From an uncultured Planctomycetaceae bacterium (GTDB lineage Bacteria > Planctomycetota > Planctomycetia > Isosphaerales > Isosphaeraceae): 64,000 nucleotides of DNA. Location: contig CAWIAD010000002.1 of the NCBI GenBank assembly GCA_963833985.1, positions 1,440,001-1,504,000 on the forward strand, in the 5' to 3' direction. Numbering within the stretch: position 1 is the first letter of the stretch; each line of letters starts with the position of its first letter. A program made the translations under genes and the position numbers. This document shows, in pieces, positions 11,009 through 20,723 of the stretch. Below the pieces are notes generated by a model. The model saw nothing but the letters and a program-made list of their open reading frames with translations, was not told where the DNA came from and ran no database searches.

Positions 11009-11510
11009 ATGGCCACGTGCGTCAGCACGTGGTTTTCACGGGCGCAGCCCCCAGCCTCGGGCGTGAGCCCGACCTGCACCGCGCCGCATCGCACGCATGG
11101 CTCCGGCGCTGGTCTGCCGGTCCCGGCGTTCGCGGCACATGGCCACGTGCGTCAGCACGTGGTTTTCACGGGCGCAGCCCCCAGCCTCGGGCGTGAGCCC
11201 GACACGTTCGCCGCCACCAGCCCGACACGTTCGCCGCCACCAGCCCGACACGCATGTCGCCGCATCGCATACATCGCCACAGCGACGACCTACACGTCCC
11301 GGGGTTCGCGGCACATGGCCACGTGCGTCAGCACGTGGTTTTCACGGGCGCAGCCCCCAACCTCGGGCGTGAGCCCGACCTGCACCGCGCCGCATCGCAC
11401 GCATGGGCTCCGGCGCTGGTCTGCCGGTCCCGGCGTTCGCGGCGCATGGCCACGTGCGTAAGCACGTGGTTTTCACGGGCGCAGCCCCCAACCTCGGGCG
11501 TGAGCCCGAC
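11009..11510. repeat. array of four 65-bp double-hairpin units (REP/BIME-like)
   Basis: Units at 11009-11073, 11139-11203, 11315-11379 and 11446-11510; hairpins CCACGTGC-GTCA-GCACGTGG and TCGGGC-GTGA-GCCCGA. Confidence 0.9.
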
Positions 11511-11574
11511 CAGTACCTCGCCTCGTCACCCGCATCGTCACGGCGACGCCGTCGTCACGTCACCGCGCCGCGCA

Positions 11575-11658
11575 TCCACGCTCTGGAACCGCCCCTCGAA
11601 GACGCCCCGCGAGTGTTCTCCTCGCTGTTGGACATCCGCGACAGCGCCTCCTTGAGGG
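11575..11658 (-). pseudogene. RAYT-like transposase fragment
   Basis: Translates PLKEALSRMSNSEENTRGA-(fs)-FEGRFQSV, matching the GxF(W/F)EGRF(K/Q)S motif. Confidence 0.6.
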
Positions 11659-11900
11659 GCAAGACTGCAATGCCTGCCCTCTCTTATCCTCCTCTCTTTC
11701 GTCTCTCTTTCGTCACGGATGACTCCGGTGACCGAAACTCTTCTCCGAGCAGGCAGCGCCTCGCAGGCAAGCGTCAGGTCCGGGAGCGACAGGCTGGGAT
11801 TTCACGCCACTGGCGTGTTTCTTGCCATCTTCGGCGACATGCCTGCACAAGAGGCAACGGGGAGGAGCTACCATCAGTAAGCGCTGGAAATCAGCGGGTT

Positions 11901-12461
11901 TTACGGGAGCAGCTCCACCACGGGGATCCGGCCGACGACCTGCCCGTCGATCACGAGATCGACCGATTCCGTTTCTCCCAGCATCGTGGGAGCCGGGTAC
12001 TGTCCACCGACCGGGTTCGCGTAGACCTCCAGCCGGCGCTTGGGAACGATGATGATCCAGTAGACCGGAATGCCGCCTGCCCCGTAGTCACGGGCAAGCT
12101 TCCGGTCCTTGGCCACGCTCGAACGTGTGGCCTCAACGACCAGTGCGACGTCGGCCGGTCCGGGATGATGGTCCTTGTAGTCGCGGATATGGCCCCGGAC
12201 CACGGATACGTCAGGCTCCGGCTCGCTCCTGCGGTTCGGGATCGATACCGGCTGTTCGGCGAGGGTGTGCCAGCCAGGCGGAAGCAACCGCTCGATGGCT
12301 TGCATGGTGAGCTGAGTGGCCGTCGTGTGGGGCGGATTCTTCACTTCCTTCTCCACGATGCGGCCGTTGATCAGCTCGAAGCGGTTCGTCTCCGGCAGGA
12401 TTCCGTGGCGAATCAGCTTGTCATACCCCGCGACGCTGAGTCGCTTTGTCGCCGTGCTCAC
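11901..12461 (-). CDS. Uma2-family (DUF820) PD-(D/E)xK endonuclease
   Basis: RFELINGRIVEK, SEPEPDVSVV, DVALVVEAT, YGAGGIPVYWII. Confidence 0.9.
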   Translation of the reverse strand: MSTATKRLSVAGYDKLIRHGILPETNRFELINGRIVEKEVKNPPHTTATQLTMQAIERLLPPGWHTLAEQPVSIPNRRSEPEPDVSVVRGHIRDYKDHHPGPADVALVVEATRSSVAKDRKLARDYGAGGIPVYWIIIVPKRRLEVYANPVGGQYPAPTMLGETESVDLVIDGQVVGRIPVVELLP

Positions 12462-12744
12462 TTCCCGCCCCCCTCTTCCGAATCCGGGCCAGGCACTCTT
12501 CAACGGCTACCCTGGCGGGAGCCGACATGCGGGTGTCTCGTCTGGCCGCCTCGATCCGCAATTCACGATGAGCACCGAGAGGCCACCCGGAACAGCATAA
12601 CTCGATCCACTGAGTATACGGCTGCACTGTGGAGCGAGCCAACGCCATAATCTCGATCACAGTGTTGGCTTTGTTTACGGTGTTCGTATGACAACCGAGT
12701 CGGGTCAACAGTCGACCCGCACAGCGGGTTTGCTCGCGATAAAG

Positions 12745-12930
12745 CGGCGATAAAACGGGGCCACCCACAGTTTGAGATATCAGCCAGTGGGTGGCCCTTC
12801 TGCCATCCCTGCCGATAAGAGGCTGAATGCGACGATTGAGCCGACCGTGAGCCAGAATGTGGGTGGCCCCATCTGCCTCAGAATGTGGGTGGCCCCATCT
12901 GCCCTCCATCTGCCCTGCCATCTGCCCGAG
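12745..12930. repeat. 63-bp palindromic repeat copy 2 (12745-12807) plus tandem CAGAATGTGGGTGGCCCCATCTGCC x2 and further CCATCTGCC repeats
   Basis: Direct comparison with 9634-9696; tandem units at about 12853-12903. Confidence 0.75.
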
Positions 12931-13066
12931 TCTGAGTCCAGCCTCCGGCGGTCCTCGATCGGGCACAGCCACAGGCCTTCTTCCAGTCCCGCGGCCGCCT
13001 GCGACCCCGCCACGCTGCCAGCCTCGGCAGCCTTCAGTTCCTCGGCTCGACCCTGTTCCTGAACGA
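12931..13066 (-). pseudogene. RAYT-like transposase fragment (C-terminal region)
   Basis: QEQGRAEELKAAEAGSVAGSQAAAGLEEGLWLCPIEDRRRLDS aligns with EQDRAEDLKVTEDGRVAGSKVSEG of the 9697-9905 fragment. Confidence 0.55.
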
Positions 13067-13114
13067 GCAAGACTGCAATGCCTGTCCTCTCTTTCTTTTG
13101 AACGAGGACGGACC

Positions 13115-13374
13115 GTGAACATCAGCTTTGAGATACCCCACGACATCGAAGAGCAGATTCGCGCCGAGGGGACGGACCTCAACCGAAAGGCGAGGGAAGC
13201 CTTCCTGCTCGAACTGTACCGCGAGGAGCGTATCTCCCATGCTCAGCTCCGGTGGCGTTGGGCTTGAGCTTCCATGCAACGGAGGTGCTCATCAAGCAAC
13301 GAAGGGTCGGGCAGGACATCGAACTCGATGAGTTCGAGTCAGGGCGCGAGTTTCTGAGGAAGGCCAGGCCCTGA
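13115..13374 (+). CDS. UPF0175-family putative antitoxin (one frameshift near 13252)
   Basis: MNISFEIPHDIEEQIR...AREAFLLELYREERISHAQL-ALGLS; TGATG overlap with the PIN gene. Confidence 0.7.
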
Positions 13375-13658
13375 TGACGGTCGTCTGCGACATGGGGCCT
13401 CTGCACTACCTGATCCTCATCGAGGCCGAGCACATCCTGTCCCAGCTTTTCGACCGCGTGCATATTCCCCAGGCCGTGCATGCCGAACTGAGCCATCCCC
13501 ATACCCCCGAGCCGGTCCGACGCTGGGCCGTCGCTCTTCCTTCCTGGGTCGAGGTGAAGGAGCCTACCAAGATCGAGGACATTCCATTGCTCGGCAGAAG
13601 GGGCTTGAAAGGAGCAGGCGAGCCTCGCCGAGCGTCGTTCCAGCTCATTCAGGAATGA
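13374..13658 (+). pseudogene. DUF3368/COG2405-type PIN-domain toxin, truncated after GAGE
   Basis: MTVVCDMGPLHYLILI...LFDRVHIPQAVHAEL; family similarity stops at GAGE, about 13622. Confidence 0.75.
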
Positions 13659-13981
13659 AGCTCGCCGCTCCAGTAACGGAACTCGATCGTCTCGTCCCCG
13701 CGCTGGTACCGTAGCTCAGAGGCCGGAACTTCGGTGACCCACACGTCTTTTGCCACCCAATTGGTCCGGCTGACCGCGATGATCGCCCGGTCGTTGAGTA
13801 CGTCGTCGATGAATCGCCGTATCGCGGCGGGCTCGCCCAGGCCTGAAGACGAGGCCAGGATATCTGCGTGAGTATGCCACGGGAAGCCCGCAAAACCAAT
13901 GGCCGTATCGCCATCGGCCGCGCGGCAGACCACGAGTTTCAGCAAGCCATCGTTGCTCGTGTGCGCCTCGACGATACTCAA
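13649..13981 (-). CDS. hypothetical protein (110 aa, TTG start)
   Basis: GGGAG SD upstream; natural-looking sequence GFAGFPWHTHADIL...IEFRYWSG. Confidence 0.6.
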   Translation of the reverse strand: MSIVEAHTSNDGLLKLVVCRAADGDTAIGFAGFPWHTHADILASSSGLGEPAAIRRFIDDVLNDRAIIAVSRTNWVAKDVWVTEVPASELRYQRGDETIEFRYWSGELHS

Positions 13982-14043
13982 CGGCACCGGCTCCCGGAGG
14001 TCTCCCGAGACCGCCTCGCCTCGCCACGCAGGAAGGAAAGAGG

Positions 14044-14283
14044 TCAAGGGGCTTGCTGCTGGGACGGCAGAGCCAGCCATTCGGGCTGCTGGCTCAACCA
14101 CGCTCGATACTGCCTTCCCCGGATAAATCCGCCCCATGCGAACCCAGCGAGCAGGATTGCCAGGACCACGGCGACAAGCCGAAGCTGCCGGGTTGGGGAG
14201 ACTAACCCGGCCAGGGCGACGACGGCAGCTGTGTGTGCCCCACTTGGCGGACGCCGGCGCAACGAGGGGCCAGGGGGTTGCAT
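14044..14283 (-). CDS. small hypothetical membrane protein
   Basis: Hydrophobic stretch LRLVAVVLAILLAGFAWGG. Confidence 0.35.
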   Translation of the reverse strand: MQPPGPSLRRRPPSGAHTAAVVALAGLVSPTRQLRLVAVVLAILLAGFAWGGFIRGRQYRAWLSQQPEWLALPSQQQAP

Positions 14284-14347
14284 CGGATAAGCGAAGCGTG
14301 CCTTGAGTGTAAAGATTCAACTACAGTTCAGACGTTACACATTTCGA

Positions 14348-16210
14348 TCAGTGTTCTGAGGGTCGCTCAAGGCTAAAACGGTGAGTCGTTTGTCCAGTTC
14401 GGCTCTCTGCCTTGCGATGAAGATGCAGCGTGATTGGTGGTGGGCTGGCGTCATCGTGAAACCGATGGTCTTCCGTCAATTCCGTCAATGCTATGCGTAC
14501 TGTCGCATACCCCACTGCCTCGACATCCACCTGCCAGCAGCAATATAAGACACATCGTGACTTTCTGAAGAGCGTTGAGTTAGGCGAGCGGCAGGTCTTA
14601 GTTTCCCTGCTGCTCGGTGATTCTCGGTTTGATAGTGATGTCATACTTCGGCAGGGTCGCCGATCTTTCCAATCGAGCTTCGTACTGCTTCATCTCCTTG
14701 GCGGCGACTCGAACGCCATCGGGATACTCGCCGTGGAGGCGTTTCACGATCGGGTGCCGGCGCTTCCAGGTCATTCGTAGGGCGCATTGCAGGACCACCT
14801 TCAGGCAGTTCAGTAACACGCCGTTCCATTTCTTCTCCAGGGCCGACCAGCAGCGTTCAATCGGGTTGTATTTGCTGTGGTAGGGGGGATAGTACACCAA
14901 CCGAATCTCCAACCCCGACCAGTCGGCAAACTGGACCATCCGTTTCAGGAACTGGGTCCGCCGACCGGAGTTCTTGGGGCCGTTGTCCAGATAGATCACC
15001 AGGCGCTTGACATGCCCGAAGCCTGACCGGACCTGCAGCCACCACATGCGGAGCGCATCGGCCCAAGCGTCGCTGGTCTCGCGCGATCCGAACAGGAGCA
15101 TCAATACCCCGGTCACCCGCATCACGATGCCGAAAGGGACCAGCTTCTCCTTGGCTGGCGGATCGTGATCCCATCCCTTGGCCACTTGACCGTCGGCGGC
15201 GGTCCTGGTTTTTCCCCCCACGAGCGTAATCGCCCAATCCCACCTTCGCCTTGGTGTCCATGGAGATCTCCAGCGCCTCAGGATCGTCCCGAGCCTGTTG
15301 CTGCACCTCCTTCACGTTGGCGAAGATCGCGTCGGTCTCCTTGGTCTTCTTCAGCGGCCTGCCCTTCTGAATCCGCTTGAGGCGGAAGTTCATGCGGTTG
15401 AGGATGTCCCGCATGGTGCGCTCGCTGGGCAACGCGTCTCGGGGATAGCCCTTGTCAATCAAGGCTCCTCGCACCTCCGCCGCCGACAGGTTCATGTACC
15501 GTCGCGACGACTTCAGTTCCGGATCGGCGTAGGTATGGGGCTCGACGATCGCACGGATGTCCGCAGCCAGTTGCGGGTCCTTCTCTTCGCTGCGCAGCCG
15601 ACCTCTCGCGACGAAATTCTCGAGACAGCGTATCCCTTGACGGGCCTCGTGCAGTCCTTTCAGGACCGTTTCTCGTCCCCAGCCGAAGCGTCGTTCAGCT
15701 TGGCGGGCGCTGCCTTCACAGAGTTCCGTGGCCACCTCGGCCATGAACAATCGGCGCTGGTATCCGGTCAGCCGTCTGGCTCCCGAACAGATCAAGGCGT
15801 CGAGGCACTCAGTGGATCCTTCCATGACGGTTCCCCTCCCTGGTGTACAGACGGCAACAGGCCAGGCTCTAGCCTTGCATCATCTCACAGAACGGGGAAG
15901 CTCAATTCCGGGTAGATCTCGACGTGCCGGTCGCCTTAGAGCAGCAATTGAACCCGAGGCTGATGGTCGTCTGACCATCCAGACCGGTGGTCGGAGCACG
16001 GTATTCGGCGCGATTGAATTCCGTAAACTTCACCTGGGCTGCTGAGATCGGACGCCCGGAGTCCGCATCGAGGACCGTGAACCTGAGCGGTACATCGGCT
16101 CTTTCGAACGACTGATTGATCGCAGGTGAAGCCAAAAAGACGAGGAGAGCCGTCGCACCACCCATCGCCAACAGCACCGCAGTCCCTTTGAAGATTCGAT
16201 GCAATGGCAT
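14348..16210 (-). pseudogene. hypothetical membrane-anchored protein split by ISAzo13 copy 2
   Basis: Removing the IS and one TAA joins LGFNCCS-NSTLFRKSRCV...RPSEH in frame; contains FTVLDADSGRPISAAQV. Confidence 0.75.
14583..15935 (-). mobile_element. ISAzo13-family insertion sequence, copy 2 (1353 bp, inverted; transposase 14598-15825)
   Basis: Same IRs as copy 1; TTA duplications at 14580-14582 and 15936-15938; ORF translations identical to copy 1. Confidence 0.93.
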
Positions 16211-16237
16211 GTTCCACCTGGCGGTCCAAGGACGCTC

Positions 16238-16300
16238 ACTTAACCCCGATCTGTCAACACCGTTTATAGTTCCGGCGATACACAGTATCTCGGATTCCCA
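16238..16300 (-). other. attC-like recombination site
   Basis: GTTAAGT (GTTRRRY) on the minus strand, 28 nt before the next ATG; imperfect hairpin GATCTGT / ACAG-T-ATC with an extrahelical T; the inverse core is degenerate. Confidence 0.45.
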
Positions 16301-16311
16301 GGTATGCCGAC

Positions 16312-16758
16312 CTAATCTCGAAGTCCTTCGAGCAAGTCAAATCCTTCAAGCAAGATGTCGATGTCACTGGCCAATACTTGCTCCCAGGCGTAAGAAACTC
16401 GATGCACCAATTCCTCCAGCTGGTCTCGGAACGCTTGGGTGAACGTCGCTCCGCGTGACCAGCGACGATGATATTCCAGTCCTTCATCAATGATACAAGC
16501 AACCGGGTAGGCGACTTCCGCGATAGCCGTCGAGTCTTCCCTCGGGCCTCTCCGCTCCGAGGGCACGGGGCCGTTGAGCCGACCGTTGACGGCCTCCAGG
16601 CAATCGAGGATGTCGCCGCACAGCGGCTGAACGTCGGGGGCCACCCGGTTTCGTTCCGCGTCCCACAATACCCATCCGAAGCTCTCCGTCTCCGGGAGTT
16701 GTCCCCCGGGGAGGTTTGCGTGGTTACAAAGGCGAGCGATCGCTTCCTCAAAAGTCAT
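16312..16758 (-). CDS. hypothetical acidic protein (148 aa)
   Basis: ATG with GGGAG upstream; protein-like composition. Confidence 0.7.
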   Translation of the reverse strand: MTFEEAIARLCNHANLPGGQLPETESFGWVLWDAERNRVAPDVQPLCGDILDCLEAVNGRLNGPVPSERRGPREDSTAIAEVAYPVACIIDEGLEYHRRWSRGATFTQAFRDQLEELVHRVSYAWEQVLASDIDILLEGFDLLEGLRD

Positions 16759-16790
16759 TCACGTGGCTCCCGGCGGTCAGTCATAACCCC

Positions 16791-17099
16791 TTACTCATTG
16801 CTTTTATGGAAGAGGCGCATAGCCATCCGTATATCGCCCAGAGCATCCTCCGCGTGGGTAAGCTCGTGAAGCGCCTCACCGAACTTCTCCCATCCGCCGA
16901 GCCTGAGCAGCTCCTCGCGGACGTATGACAACGCCCTCTCGGCGTCGCTGATGCTGCTCTCGGCGTTTACTCGCCACCATGAAGTGAAGTGGTCTGCGAT
17001 CCAGGCTGCTGGCTCGGTGCCCTCTGGCAATCGGCCCATGGGCGACAGGGCCTGCTCGATCCAGTTCACCAGGGCTTCCCTCACCTCATCGCTCGCCAT
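16791..17099 (-). CDS. hypothetical protein (102 aa)
   Basis: Clean ORF with helical composition, same strand as its neighbours. Confidence 0.65.
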   Translation of the reverse strand: MASDEVREALVNWIEQALSPMGRLPEGTEPAAWIADHFTSWWRVNAESSISDAERALSYVREELLRLGGWEKFGEALHELTHAEDALGDIRMAMRLFHKSNE

Positions 17100-17135
17100 T
17101 TCGATTCATCCTGGAAGATGAAGGGTCTCGCTCTA

Positions 17136-17272
17136 CTCGAACCGTACAGATAATGCATGGTTGCGTTTAGTGGAGCTGCTGCGTCGAACTATATACCACC
17201 CGATGCGGCAGCAGCCAACGCGACGCATGCTTCTCCTGGCAGGAATGGCCATGCAGGAACGGTAGGTTTAAG
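17136..17272 (-). other. attC-like long imperfect palindrome
   Basis: CTCGAAC...GTTTAAG ends, the latter overlapping the upstream stop codon; stems GCATGGTTGCGTT / AACGCGAC-G-CATGC and GCTGCTGCGTCG / CGATGCGGCAGC. Confidence 0.45.
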
Positions 17273-17993
17273 GAAGAGGTAACAGCCTGAAAATGCGTGC
17301 CAGCATTCTGACTGATAGCGGCGGGCGCATCTCCTGGCGGGAGGCCCGGAGTCGATCGTTATAAGCTTGCATGTTCTCCCCTGTCTCGACCCATTCCAGC
17401 TCCCGGCACCTTACATGCTTCCGGCAGCCGACGCAGTAGGATCGATCTACCATGTATGTGTGCGGATTCTCGAGATACGTCCGGATGATCTCCTCCGGCA
17501 TGACGGTACGTTGGCCGCAACGCCAATGGCGGTAAACGCGCGGCACGCCTTCCAGCGAACCTTGATATCGGTCGTCGGGAGGCAAAGTGACATACTCGCT
17601 GAGCCGGCCGTCGGGGCGAAGCCGGGTGTGCTCAAGCCGATGTGCCTCATCCTGTTCCGGATCGACCCATTCATGACAGTAGCGGCAACGTGACCAGGGC
17701 CTATCGACCCCGAGGTCACGAATGAGCCATTTCTCCTTGCTGACCACCTCAGCCTCGACGCTCAGGGCGTCGGACATCGCACGCTGATACACGGGCCAGA
17801 GAGCGTCGGCATCCAGATCAAGATCGAGGACCCCGGTCTGGGGGATCGTGCCCCGGATGAAGTCGAACAGCTCCCCGACCATGATGTCCGGTGGCTCATT
17901 CTTCACGGCCATCGACCTGAGCCGATCGAGGCTTGGCCTTACACCGAAACGCCTTTCCAGTTGAGACGCTACCGAGAGTAGATGAACTCCCAA
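17268..17993 (-). CDS. hypothetical two-part protein (carrier-protein-like N-half plus Cys-rich C-half)
   Basis: GGGAGG SD and TTG start; LERRFGV...WLIRDLG, then CRYC, HWRCG and CVGC motifs. Confidence 0.55.
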   Translation of the reverse strand: MGVHLLSVASQLERRFGVRPSLDRLRSMAVKNEPPDIMVGELFDFIRGTIPQTGVLDLDLDADALWPVYQRAMSDALSVEAEVVSKEKWLIRDLGVDRPWSRCRYCHEWVDPEQDEAHRLEHTRLRPDGRLSEYVTLPPDDRYQGSLEGVPRVYRHWRCGQRTVMPEEIIRTYLENPHTYMVDRSYCVGCRKHVRCRELEWVETGENMQAYNDRLRASRQEMRPPLSVRMLARIFRLLPLP

Positions 17994-18013
17994 TGATGTC
18001 GTCCTCCCGCGTG

Positions 18014-19608
18014 TGTAATGGTTCAGCGTGAAATGGAGAAACCGGGGCCGAAAGATAAGGTAGAGTGAACATTCACACAGATGGACCGATTTACCGCTTT
18101 CGTACCAATCCCGAAGGAGAAGACGGGGCGGCATCGTGCCGCCCCCTTCGGTCTTGGTCCCTGGGTCGGCGCTCAGGTCGTGTCGCCACGTTGCCCTACC
18201 TTCCGCCCAGGCCATCTCTCATCGTAGCCGCACCGAGCTGCACGAGACAATCGCCTCCCTGTGATCAACCCGTCGCTCGGGTCGTCACACGCACCTGTTC
18301 CCTCCTTTCACGGGCAGTCTCCAGCTTACGGTCGCGGTCGGCGAAGATCGCTGGACCACGGCCGGCCAGCTTGTCGGCCGGGGCGATGTAACCGATCGCA
18401 GAATGAAGACGCACTTGATTGTAGTGATCAACATAACGTTCCACGAGACGACGGGCATCCTCCAGCGACAGCGGCACGCCGGGCCGGATGCACTCGGATT
18501 TCAGCGAGCGGTGCCAGCGCTCGATCTTGCCGTTGCTTTGCGGATAATATGGCGATGTTCTCACATGTGTCATACCGCAAATCCGAATGAACTCCTTGAA
18601 ATCCCTGGCGATGAACTGGGGCCCGTTGTCAGAGATGATCCGCGGGCGGGCGTCAGGGTATCGCTCGCGTGCGCGCTGGATGATCGTCTCGACTTCAGCC
18701 TCGGTCATGCTCGCGCGGATCTCCCAGTGGACGATGAACCGGCTGCAGCCGTCGAGCAGGCTGCAAAGCGAGTAGAACGTGCCGGCGACGTTGATGTGCG
18801 ACATGTCAACGTGCCAGTGCTCGTGGGGCAAAAGTGGCTGCTGGAAGCCTTTGCCTTTGAGTGAAGGTTTGCTGTTATGATGCTTTATCAACCCCGCATC
18901 ACGGAGCACGCGATAGACGCTGGAAGGGCTGACCGCGACGACATCGCCGTCGAGCATCATGAACGCCAGTCGCCGGTAGCCGTCGACGGGATGGTCCTTG
19001 TGGAACTCGATGATGGCTCGCTTTTCCCACGGCTCCAGCCACCAGTCGCGTGGAACCAAGGCATTGTGCTCGTTGGCCAGTCCATAGCCAGTCTTCCAGT
19101 TCTGGAACTTGCTGGCTGCGATCCCCAGCCAGGTGATGAACCTGGCGACGGGGATCTCGGTTCGCTGCGACCAGCGCCTGACGAAGTCAACGATGCCGTC
19201 GCGGGTATCGTGGGGAACCCATGCCTTGGTCAGAGCTCCCCAAGCTCTTTTTTTAGCTGGATGTGTTCCTCCATGAGCTCGGCGACGACTTCATTCTTGC
19301 GCTGGAGCTTGTCGCGGAGGGCTGCGATGGTGCGAAGGTGCTGGCTCTCAGAGGGTCCGTTCTTGCGCTGGAAGGCCGCCGTGCCCCCCTCGAAGAACTG
19401 CTTCTGCCAGAGGTAGAACAACGTGGGCGACAGCTGGTGCTCGTCGCAGAGATCGGAGACGGCGATGCGGTCGATGAGGTGACGCCGGAGGATGGCGACC
19501 TTCTCGACAGGCGTATAGTTCTTGCGGGGCTTTCGCATGGTGAGACTCCTGCCGAGTTGTCGTATAACTCGGGTGCGACGTCTCTCCATTTCCGGCTGAA
19601 GCAAGACA
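18014..19608 (-). mobile_element. IS3-family insertion sequence (1595 bp)
   Basis: 26-bp IRs TGTAATGGTTCAGCGTGAAATGGAGA / TGTCTTGCTTCAGCCGGAAATGGAGA (21/26); no flanking duplication. Confidence 0.9.
18265..19538 (-). CDS. IS3 OrfA-OrfB transposase with -1 frameshift site A AAA AAG (19247-19254)
   Basis: Orf[24 protein letters not shown]...FYLWQKQFF; OrfB rve core [37 protein letters not shown]. Confidence 0.92.
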
Positions 19609-20303
19609 CTCCAGGGAGCGCGCCAGCTCGGCCAGCTTGGCGGCGACCTCACGCGTGACCTTCGCCGTGCGCCGGCTGGGGTCGAGGGCGAGCGGCTCTG
19701 TCCACACCTGCTTCAGCCGGGCGCGAACCTCGTCCTCCGCGAGGTCCCGAAGCTTGACGCGGTGCGTTCGAGGCTCGGGGAAGGGAATATACGTGCGGCC
19801 TGGCGGGAAAAATCAGAGAACAGCTCAATCGAGTGGCCAACATCCACCACGATGACGAAAGGTGGGTTGTGCTCCGAGGCCGGCAGGTTCCGGACGTAGA
19901 GCTCGGCCTGGCCCTTCGCCTCGTACATGGCCGCGTCCCAGCCGGCCGTGCCCCGGACGGCCGTGCCCCGGCGCATCCGCCTGGGCGGTGTCAAGGAGCT
20001 GGGCGAAGGCGTTGCCACACGATCGCTCCCTTGCTTCGCCTCCAGCACGAAGCAATCGCGCTTGTAGAGATCAATCCGCTTGATCGTTGTCGAGCCATCC
20101 GGGTTCGGGAACGGGACCGTGCGCTCGAAGACGTACGCGTTCTGCTCATCGTCCGGTCCGGCGGGATCGGGGCGGGGTACCTCGATCACGTCGCATAGCT
20201 CATTCAAGAACATGGAATAGTTGGCGCGCTCCGCCGCACCCGAGCCTTCCCAGCGCAGGAAGAACGCGTCCATCGTGGAATCGCAGAGAGCCAACTCAGT
20301 CAT
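19609..20303 (-). pseudogene. N-terminal fragment of an MmeI-like type IIL restriction-modification enzyme, truncated by IS3
   Basis: ERANYSMFLNELCDVIEVPRPDP, YVFERTV, RIDLYKRDCFVLEAKQG, PPFVIVVDVG; ends at [16 protein letters not shown], at the IS IR. Confidence 0.85.
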
Positions 20304-20477
20304 CGTGTCATCTCAACGGTCTGCCATGACCTGAACAAAATGGAGCTTACCATCCTGACATGCTCCATGCAAGCAGCCGAAGGGAGGATTTACAGATGAA
20401 ACGCAGTCGAACTGGTGACGAATCAAAAGCGGAGGGGCGATCGCAGAGCCAAGAGCACTATGCGAGAGGGGACTCCT

Positions 20478-20615
20478 GGGGCCATCGGCATTCCCCCCCC
20501 CGACCCGCACCGAGCTTCAAGCGGCCCGGCACACCAAGCCGAGCCGTCAGGCCAACTTGCGAGCTTGAATCCTGCGCGGGCGGAACGGATGCCACCCCAA
20601 ATTATGGATGGCCCC
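20478..20615. mobile_element. MITE/REPIN-like element, copy B
   Basis: Near-identical to 9930-10066; the right-end GATGGCCCCTTC is repeated at about 20629. Confidence 0.75.
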
Positions 20616-20723
20616 TTCCCCCTGCATTGATGGCCCCTTCTCCCTCCCCTTGCATCGACGAGTTCGACACCGAACGCTATGGTATTCTCGTGTTTCAAGA
20701 TCCGAGTGACCGGAAATGCCGCG

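Noticed and set aside
11009..11510. CRISPR array
   Set aside because: The 65-bp repeat is too long, linkers 1 and 3 are near-identical, linker lengths are uneven, and there are no cas genes in the window.
5550..15935. Composite transposon inserted as one unit
   Set aside because: Each IS has its own duplication, and removing each one restores its own target gene.
18014..18215. N-terminus of the 315-aa ORF 17268..18215
   Set aside because: This part lies inside the IS3 right end; an SD plus TTG at 17993 is the likelier start.
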